The notes beneath the pieces were generated by a model. It made no database searches, was not told where the DNA came from, and saw only the letters and a list, made by a program, of their open reading frames with translations. A program made the translations under genes and the position numbers. 18,186 nt of DNA from Planctomycetota bacterium (GTDB taxonomy: Bacteria > Planctomycetota > UBA11346): contig JBBQSO010000101.1 in the NCBI GenBank assembly GCA_038213805.1, forward strand, positions 1 to 18,186, written 5' to 3'. Below, piece by piece: positions 6,046 through 12,881 of the stretch (positions are counted from its first letter, which is position 1; every line of letters starts with the position of its first letter).

Positions 6046-7646
6046 CCGTGGACTTCCGGACTTCCGGACTTCCGGACTTCCGGACTCTCCTGCCGGAGCG
6101 CCGGGAACAGCACCACGTCGCGGATGTTGCCTTGGCCGGTGAACAGCATGACCAGGCGGTCGATACCCACGCCCTGGCCACCGCAAGCTGGCAGGCCGTG
6201 ATCGAGGGCGGTGCAGTAGTCTTCGTCGATCAGGCCGCTGACCTCGTCGTCCTTGGCGGTGGCGGCCTCCGCGACCTGCTCGCGGAAGCGCTGGCGCTGG
6301 ATGTCGGGATCATTCAGCTCGGTGTAGGCGTTGCCCAGCTCCATGCGCGCCATGAACAGCTCGAAGCGCATGGTGCGGGTGGGATCGTCTGCCCGCGCCT
6401 TGCACAGCGGGGTCAACCAGGTGGGCTGGTCGGTGATGAAGGTGGGTTGGATGAGGTGGGGTTCTACCACTGCCTCCCACACCTGGTTGAGCAGGCGGTC
6501 GTAGGTCGGGAAGTCCGCTGGGTCGAGACCGAGCTCGCGCGCCTTGGCGGTCACCGCCGCGCGGTCGTCGACGCGCAGACCGCCGAGCTGCTCGAGGGCC
6601 TGGTCGTAGGTGAAGCGGCGCCACGGCTGCCCGAGGTCGATGACGTGTTCGGCGAAGCGCAGCACGCGCGTGCCGAGCACACTGTCAGCGAGGTGGCGGA
6701 AGAGCTCTTCGCTGAGCGTCATCATCGCGTGGTGGTCGGCGTAGGCCTGGTACCATTCGATCATGGTGAATTCGGGATTGTGGCGCGGGCTGACGCCCTC
6801 GTTGCGGAAGTTGCGGTTCAGCTCGAAGACCTGCTCCATGCCGCCGACCAGGAGCCGCTTGAGGTAGAGCTCCGGCGCGATGCGCAGGTAAAGGTCACTG
6901 TCGAGGGCGTTGTGGTGGGTGACGAATGGCCGCGCCGTGGCCCCGCCGGGGATGGGGTGCATCATCGGCGTCTCGACTTCGAGGAAGCCGCGGTCGGTGA
7001 AGAAGCGCCGCACGCCCGCCACCAGCCGGCTGCGCAGCAGAAAAGTCGCCAAGCTGGCGTCGGACATCAGCAGGTCGAGGTAGCGCTGGCGGCTGCGCGT
7101 CTCGGCGGAGAGCGCCCCGCTGTCGGCGCCGGCCTGGTGCGGCGGCGGCAACAGGCTTTTGCCGAGCACGGTCAGGCGTTCGACGAAGACGCTGACCTCG
7201 CCGGTGCGGGTGCGCCCAACCGCGCCTGCGACGCCGACCCAGTCGGCAAGGTCGAGGGCCTTGACGACTTCCCACTGCTCCGCACCGAGCGCGCCGAGTT
7301 CGAGGTAGAGCTGGATGCCGCGCGCCTTCTTGGCCTCGGCGCCATCAAGGTCGGCGACCCCAGCGAGTCGCTGCGCCTGGTAGGCCTCGCCGCGGCTGCG
7401 GTCGTAGAGCGTGGCGAAGAACAGCTTGCCGCCGGCCTTGCGCAAATTGCCGATGCGCCCGGCGAGGCGGACCTGGGGCCCGCGCGGCTGGACGTCGCCT
7501 TCGACCTGGGCGGGCGCGAACTCGCGTGCCGCAACGATGGGACCGGTCGGGAGGAAGGTGGTGCCGAAAGGGTCGGCGCCGAGTTCACGCAGGCGCGCAA
7601 CCTTGGCGGCGCGGGCGGCGCGATATTGATCGATGGGATCAGTCAT
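6039..7646 (-). CDS. lysS: Lysine--tRNA ligase (class II)
   Basis: N-terminal OB anticodon-binding domain (LAGRI..LRKAGGKLFFATLYD...IQLYL), RQRYLDL, FLEVETPMM..IPGGATARPFVTHHN, YLRIAPELYLKRLLVGG, RNFRNEG..HNPEFT, ELGNAYTELNDP, GVGIDRLVML, IRDVVLFP. Confidence 0.98.
   Translation of the reverse strand: MTDPIDQYRAARAAKVARLRELGADPFGTTFLPTGPIVAAREFAPAQVEGDVQPRGPQVRLAGRIGNLRKAGGKLFFATLYDRSRGEAYQAQRLAGVADLDGAEAKKARGIQLYLELGALGAEQWEVVKALDLADWVGVAGAVGRTRTGEVSVFVERLTVLGKSLLPPPHQAGADSGALSAETRSRQRYLDLLMSDASLATFLLRSRLVAGVRRFFTDRGFLEVETPMMHPIPGGATARPFVTHHNALDSDLYLRIAPELYLKRLLVGGMEQVFELNRNFRNEGVSPRHNPEFTMIEWYQAYADHHAMMTLSEELFRHLADSVLGTRVLRFAEHVIDLGQPWRRFTYDQALEQLGGLRVDDRAAVTAKARELGLDPADFPTYDRLLNQVWEAVVEPHLIQPTFITDQPTWLTPLCKARADDPTRTMRFELFMARMELGNAYTELNDPDIQRQRFREQVAEAATAKDDEVSGLIDEDYCTALDHGLPACGGQGVGIDRLVMLFTGQGNIRDVVLFPALRQESPEVRKSGSPEVHGA
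6050..6086. repeat. Octamer tandem repeat (GGACTTCC)x4 + GGACT inside the 3' end of lysS
   Basis: Four perfect copies at 6050-6081 plus a partial copy. They encode most of the LysS tail SPEVRKSGSPEVH. Confidence 0.9.
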
Positions 7647-7692
7647 GGGTGCGGAAGCCTAGGTCTGGACCGGGAATAGCAACGCCGACCAA

Positions 7693-7727
7693 CGCGAAAC
7701 CCCCGGCCTGAGGCCGAGGGTTTCGCG
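7693..7727 (-). terminator. Putative terminator of the secretin operon
   Basis: On the - strand CGCGAAACCCUCGGCC-UCA-GGCCGGGGGUUUCGCG forms 16 bp with one U-G pair that exists only on this strand. It lies 28 nt after the secretin stop; the U-tract is weak. Confidence 0.7.
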
Positions 7728-7755
7728 CTGCCTTCCGATGTCGGACGTCGGACGC

Positions 7756-10317
7756 TTACAGGCGTTTTTCGATCTCGTCGAAGAGCACCACATCCGCCTG
7801 GAGGAGGATGAGGGTCTTCTTCTCGGTCTCGGAACGGCCGTTGGTGCTGAAGAGGCGGCCGAGGAACGGGATGTGGCTCAGGAACGGGATGCCCGAGTGC
7901 GACCGTGAGCTTTCGCCGTTGGTCATGCCCGCAAGGAGGAGCGAACCGCCATCGGGAATGGTCACCGAGGTACGGACCGACTGATAGTCCATCTCGGGAA
8001 TCATCAACGGGTTGTCGTTGTTGTTGATGCCCGCGTTGTTCTGGGTGATCGGCAGGCCGCCGAAGGTGCCCTGGGCCTGGCCCTGGAGGCCGGCCGGGGG
8101 CGCGCCGCCGAAGCGGCGCCACGCGGTCACCACGGCGTTAGTCGGACGCAGGGTCAGGGTGATATACTTCTTGTCCGCCGAGGCGATCGCCTGGACGTCC
8201 AGCACGGTGCCGTAGGAGAGCGTGCTGATGATCGGGTCGTACTGGCCCTGGTTGATGTCGTAGTCAGCGATGTAGGCCTGCTGGTTGATGTGCACGATGT
8301 GCGCCTGCTGGCCGTTGAACAGGGTCAGGTCGGGCTCGAACAACACGTTGCCGCGACGTTCTTTTTCGACCGCGTGCAGCACCGCAGAGACCAAGAAGTC
8401 GTCGGTCAGGCGCCAGTGCTGGGTCTGGAAGTTCAGGCCGTCCTGGCCGGTGACCGGCAAGGGCAGACCGTTCGGGGTCTTGTAGTCCTGCAGGGTGTTG
8501 TTGACGTTGGCCGCTGCGATGACGCTGCCCTGTTGGTGGTACACGCCGAAGGGGTTGGGAACGCCGACGCCGCCGGCGACCGGAATGACCTGCTGGCCAG
8601 GAAGCGGCTGGGTCGGCGCGCCGGTACCGCCCGGAGGGTTGAAGTTGCGCCAGTCGACGCCGATCTCTTCAAGCAGCGTGTTCTCGACGGTGAGGAACTT
8701 CACCTTCACGTGGATCTGGGTGCCCTTGGTGTTGCGCAGCGTACGCAGCAGGATGTCGACCTGCTTGTGCACCTCGGCGCTTTGGGTGATGACCATGGCG
8801 CCGTTGAATTCGGCGATGGCCACGCCCTCGCCCTTCCACAGGTCAGGCGAGACCACCTTCTGCACAATCTCGATGAACTCGTTGATCTCGGGCTTGGCCT
8901 CGGGTTCGACCGGGGGCAGCAGACGCGAGCCGGTGCCGCCGGGCTCGGGGATGTTGAGGTCCGGGCCGGGGAAGTTCGGCATCGCGTGGGTCAGATCGCG
9001 GATGTCGTACAGTTTCATGAAGATGTCGCCGCGCACGCCTTGCTCGTTCGAGACGAAAATCGCCTCGTCGCGCAGGGTGTACGTCAGGTTGGTCAGCTTC
9101 ATGATGAATTCGAGCACGTACTTCAGCTTCATCGCTTCGACGCGCAGGGTCACGGGCGGCGGTGCCGCCGCGACCACCTTGGGATCGAGGATGATGTTGA
9201 CGTTGGTGATGCGCTGCAAGAAGGCGAGCACGTCGACCAGGTCGTGGTCCTGGAAGTCGAGGGTCACTTCCTGTTCAAGCTGGTTCTTGATCTCGCGGCG
9301 CCAGGCCTCGCTCTCCTCGTTCAGGCCCTGCACGGGGGCGCTGCGCATGGCGTCGATCTTCGACCAGTCGCGGCTGTAGTTGACGATCTCGAGCTGGGGC
9401 AGCATCGAGGTGCGGATCGACTCGCTGAGCAGCTTGTGCTCTTCATCCCAGCGGTCGGCAGTGATCTGGCGCAGGTAGACGTGACGTTCGCGGCGGCACT
9501 TGATGAGCAGGCTCTGGGCGCGGTCCTCGGCGCGGTTGATGCGCAGGATCTGCTCGCAGAGCAGGATCGCCTCGTCGTAGTCGCGGCGCTCGCGCGCCTT
9601 CTGTGCGCGCTTGAGCATCGCGTCGATGCGGTCGCGCTCGATCTGCAGGCCGATGTCACGCAGGTCACGCTGGCGGTCGTGGGCGAGCTGGTTGCGATCG
9701 GCCGCCTGGTGGAGCTCCTCCTGCTCGCGGCGCTTGCGCGCCTCGCCGATCAGGGCCTCGACGCGGCGTTGTTCCGGCTCGCGGCGCGGGTCGGCGAAGG
9801 GCAGGCTGTCGAGGCGGGTGTTGGCGAGGGTGAATTCGCGCTCGGCCTCGGTGAAGTCGCCGGCGTCGAAGGCCTTCTGGCCGAGTTCCGACTTGGCCTG
9901 CGCCTCGACCCACAGCTGCTGCTGCTTGGCGAAGTACTCGTCGGAGGTGCGGTTGATGTGCGTGGTGCGCGCGTCGCGGTTGACGCCGCCCAGCGCCTGC
10001 GCCTGCTCGAGCGCCTTGCGGTAGACCTCGTTGCCGGGCTGCCAGTCGACGGCGATGGTGAAGTCGTGGATCGCGTCATCGAGGCGGCCCTGGTCGAGCG
10101 CCTTCTGCCCACGGTCGTGGTAGTAGGCGGCGGCGGCTTCGGCGGCCTGGCGCTGGGCCGCGCCGTCATCGGCTCCCGGCGTGCTCGCGACCGGTGCGGG
10201 GGCCGCAGCATCGGGCTTGGGCGCCGGATCCTCGGCGAACAGCGGACCGCACAGGGCGAGCAGGGTTGCGGAGATGGCGGACATCCGGCCATGGGCCGGT
10301 AGGGAGCGTGCGATCAC
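7756..10317 (-). CDS. Secretin (GspD/PilQ superfamily), paralog 3, with TPR-like/coiled-coil N-terminus
   Basis: The GTG start overlaps the upstream stop (GTGA); an alternative ATG is at 10284. Signal peptide ...LLALCGPLFA|ED. Helical TPR-like repeats; STN/N0-like VTLDFQDHDLVDVLAFLQRITNVNIILDP; N3-like LYDIRDL...HKQVDILLRTLR; core QIHVKVKFL, PDLTLFNGQQA, VTIPDGGSLLLAG, SGIPFLSHIPFLGRLF. Confidence 0.92.
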   Translation of the reverse strand: MIARSLPAHGRMSAISATLLALCGPLFAEDPAPKPDAAAPAPVASTPGADDGAAQRQAAEAAAAYYHDRGQKALDQGRLDDAIHDFTIAVDWQPGNEVYRKALEQAQALGGVNRDARTTHINRTSDEYFAKQQQLWVEAQAKSELGQKAFDAGDFTEAEREFTLANTRLDSLPFADPRREPEQRRVEALIGEARKRREQEELHQAADRNQLAHDRQRDLRDIGLQIERDRIDAMLKRAQKARERRDYDEAILLCEQILRINRAEDRAQSLLIKCRRERHVYLRQITADRWDEEHKLLSESIRTSMLPQLEIVNYSRDWSKIDAMRSAPVQGLNEESEAWRREIKNQLEQEVTLDFQDHDLVDVLAFLQRITNVNIILDPKVVAAAPPPVTLRVEAMKLKYVLEFIMKLTNLTYTLRDEAIFVSNEQGVRGDIFMKLYDIRDLTHAMPNFPGPDLNIPEPGGTGSRLLPPVEPEAKPEINEFIEIVQKVVSPDLWKGEGVAIAEFNGAMVITQSAEVHKQVDILLRTLRNTKGTQIHVKVKFLTVENTLLEEIGVDWRNFNPPGGTGAPTQPLPGQQVIPVAGGVGVPNPFGVYHQQGSVIAAANVNNTLQDYKTPNGLPLPVTGQDGLNFQTQHWRLTDDFLVSAVLHAVEKERRGNVLFEPDLTLFNGQQAHIVHINQQAYIADYDINQGQYDPIISTLSYGTVLDVQAIASADKKYITLTLRPTNAVVTAWRRFGGAPPAGLQGQAQGTFGGLPITQNNAGINNNDNPLMIPEMDYQSVRTSVTIPDGGSLLLAGMTNGESSRSHSGIPFLSHIPFLGRLFSTNGRSETEKKTLILLQADVVLFDEIEKRL

Positions 10318-12881
10318 AGGTTCGCCTCCAATTCGTCGTAGTTGATGACGGTCACGGTGGTGAGCAGGTAGAGTTGAAAGCGCACGGAGTAGCGTCCGCG
10401 CGCACCGAAGAGCCGGCCGAGGAATGGGATGTGCCCGAGGAACGGGATCTTGGTCGACGTCGCCTGCTCGAGATGGTTGCCGAATCCACCGACCAGCAGC
10501 GTGCCGCGGTCGGGGATGGTCACAGTGGTCGCGACCGTGGTCAGCAGCACGTTGGGCAGTTCAATGGGGTTATTTGAGCGCACCGTCTGGGTGTTCTGCT
10601 GACCGGTGATCGGATCGGGCGCACCGGTGGCGAAGGCGCGGGTGGTAACGACGTTCTCGAGGAAGAAGTCGGCGCTAGCGATCGCCGGGTAAAGATCGAG
10701 GGTGACGAACTTGCCATCGGAGCTGACGAAGGGCTTCACCGAGAGGTTGGCGCCGACGTTCAGCACCGTAACGCGCGGCGTCAAGCCAGCGGTCACGCCC
10801 TGGTTACCGGCGCCTACCTCGTAACTGCCGATGTAGCCGATCTGGTGGCCGAAGAAGCATGAACCACGCACGCCGTTCATGGTGGTGACCGAGGGCGCCT
10901 GCAGGATGGTGCCGCGCTGATTGCGCTCCACCGCCCTCAGGATGGTGGCCAGCTGCGTGCTCTTGAGGAAGGTCGAGCTCAGGCTCAGGCCGGTGCCCAG
11001 CGTTGGTGGGGCGGGGGCGAAGGCGGTCGCGGGCATGACGTTGGTGAGCGAACCGGCGTGGTCGAACGAATTGGTGGTGCGGTGGTAGCCGTTGGTGGTG
11101 CCGTCTGGACCGTTGAGGATGCCGCCCTTGGTTGTCCAATCGACGCCGATCTCCTCAAGGAAGCTGTCGTCGAGCTCGATCCATCGCACGTCGACGCGCA
11201 CCAGGATGTGGTGCACGTTGGCCTGCGAGCGGATGAATTGCTGGATGAGCAAGTGCACGCTCGGCGGGGCGTTGACGAAAAGATCGTGGCCGCGCACCTC
11301 AATGTTGTATTTGTCGTTGGTCCAGGTTGTTGGACTGACCGCCTTGACGATCAGGTCCTTGACGTCCTCGGGCGCGATGGCCGGGGTGTCCATACCGCCC
11401 ATCGCAGTCTTGAAGAGGTCGGCAGCACCGCCACCGCCGCCACCGCCGCGGCCACCACCACCACCACCTCCGGTGCTGGGATTGCCGGTGGGCAGACCAA
11501 CGCCCATGCCGATCTGGTCTTGTGGCTTGAAGAGCAGGTCGCTGATGTCGTAAAGCGCCAGCTCGCCACGCGTCTCGTCAGTGCCACCGATGTAGAGCGC
11601 GCCATTGGTGATGTGCCAAGTCTGGCCGATCAGGCGGCACGCCCAGGTAAGCACGTTCTCCAGGGTCATGTCCCTGGCCTTGAGCGAAATCGGATGGTCG
11701 CCACCGGCGAACACCGAGGGGTCGACGATGACGTTGACGTTGGCCTGCTTCTGCAAAGCGGAGAAAACGTCGACGGCGTTCTGCGCCTCGAAGTCGATGC
11801 TGACGCGCTGGTTGAGCTTCTCGAGCAGCTGTTCGTGCCACTCGGGCAGGCGCGCGGGCGGTGCGAGCTCGTTGCTCTGCCCGCCGTGGCGAGCGTCCCA
11901 ATCGTTGGCAAAGATCGGCTCGCCGTCGAAGCCACTGGGGATGAGCTCGCGCTCCATGCGCTCGAGCACCTCCTGGTGCAGCTCGGCATCGCGCTGCTCG
12001 GTGCTGAGGCGGCGCTGGTCGTGGACTTCGCTGATCAGACGGTTGAAAAGGGTCTGGACCTCGTCCTGGCCCGGGTACTCGCGCAGCAGGTGGCGGCAGG
12101 TGGCCAGGGCGAGGTCAAAATGGGCGTGGGATTCGAGGGCCTCGACGCGCGCGAGCTGCTCGTGGAAGGTGTCGCGCAGTCCATGCTGGTGGCCTTCCTG
12201 CGCGTCCTGGGCACTGGCAAGGCCGCTGCGGCGGGTGGCGTCGGCCTGGGCGGTGGAGGCGACGCGGGCCTGCTCGCGGGCATTCATGGCGAGGAGGTCG
12301 AGGCGCGCGAGTTCCGCGGCGATGGACGGTTCTGCGGCATACGGCAGGAGCTTGGCGCGACTGCCGGCGAGCACCCCCGCGGCGGACTCGAAGCGACCGG
12401 CCTGGACCATCAACTCGGCCTGATCGGCGGCGGTGCGCGCATCGGCGCGCAGCGCATCAAGGCGCAGCTGGCCGACCGCGGTGTCCCGACCCAGCGGCGC
12501 GGCGTGACCGGCGAGAATGTCCTCGACCTGGGCGAGCTCGGTGCGCGCGGTGGCGTGCTCGGGGCGGCGCAGCAGGACCCGGCAATAGGCCTCGCGAGCG
12601 TCGTTGTAGCGCGCCTCGGCCACGGCGCGGCGCGCCTCCGCGAGCAGCGCCTCGACCTGGACGGCTAGATCGGGCAACTCGCCCGCCGCCTGGGCGGCGG
12701 GGGCAGGCGCGGGAGTCGCGGCGGGGGCCCGTGCATCCTCGCCGCGGACGTGGCTTGCGGTGACAAGCACGGCGAACGCGGCCACGGCGGTGCGCAGCGG
12801 CGCTGCGCGCCGCTGCATTCCGCCAGGTCCGCGTCCGCGCGTGGCGGCGGCGCCTGGTTGTGGCTGCCGCCAGGAGCTCAC
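10314..12881 (-). CDS. Secretin (GspD/PilQ superfamily), paralog 2
   Basis: The GTG start overlaps the upstream stop (GTGA); an alternative ATG is at 12818. Same architecture: VSIDFEAQNAVDVFSALQKQANVNVIVDP, LYDISDL, a poly-Gly loop, VRVDVRWIEL, APSVTTMNG, VTIPDRGTLLVGG, KIPFLGHIPFLGRLF. Confidence 0.9.
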   Translation of the reverse strand: MSSWRQPQPGAAATRGRGPGGMQRRAAPLRTAVAAFAVLVTASHVRGEDARAPAATPAPAPAAQAAGELPDLAVQVEALLAEARRAVAEARYNDAREAYCRVLLRRPEHATARTELAQVEDILAGHAAPLGRDTAVGQLRLDALRADARTAADQAELMVQAGRFESAAGVLAGSRAKLLPYAAEPSIAAELARLDLLAMNAREQARVASTAQADATRRSGLASAQDAQEGHQHGLRDTFHEQLARVEALESHAHFDLALATCRHLLREYPGQDEVQTLFNRLISEVHDQRRLSTEQRDAELHQEVLERMERELIPSGFDGEPIFANDWDARHGGQSNELAPPARLPEWHEQLLEKLNQRVSIDFEAQNAVDVFSALQKQANVNVIVDPSVFAGGDHPISLKARDMTLENVLTWACRLIGQTWHITNGALYIGGTDETRGELALYDISDLLFKPQDQIGMGVGLPTGNPSTGGGGGGGRGGGGGGGAADLFKTAMGGMDTPAIAPEDVKDLIVKAVSPTTWTNDKYNIEVRGHDLFVNAPPSVHLLIQQFIRSQANVHHILVRVDVRWIELDDSFLEEIGVDWTTKGGILNGPDGTTNGYHRTTNSFDHAGSLTNVMPATAFAPAPPTLGTGLSLSSTFLKSTQLATILRAVERNQRGTILQAPSVTTMNGVRGSCFFGHQIGYIGSYEVGAGNQGVTAGLTPRVTVLNVGANLSVKPFVSSDGKFVTLDLYPAIASADFFLENVVTTRAFATGAPDPITGQQNTQTVRSNNPIELPNVLLTTVATTVTIPDRGTLLVGGFGNHLEQATSTKIPFLGHIPFLGRLFGARGRYSVRFQLYLLTTVTVINYDELEANL

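Noticed and set aside
5914..6086. Possible CRISPR array
   Set aside because: Units are 7-8 nt with no spacers, and there are no cas genes in the window.
6039..7646. EpmA/GenX (EF-P lysyltransferase) or MprF-LysX fusion instead of LysS
   Set aside because: The full N-terminal anticodon-binding domain is present and there is no membrane domain.
6048..7679. 543-aa ORF on the + strand
   Set aside because: Exact antisense shadow of lysS.
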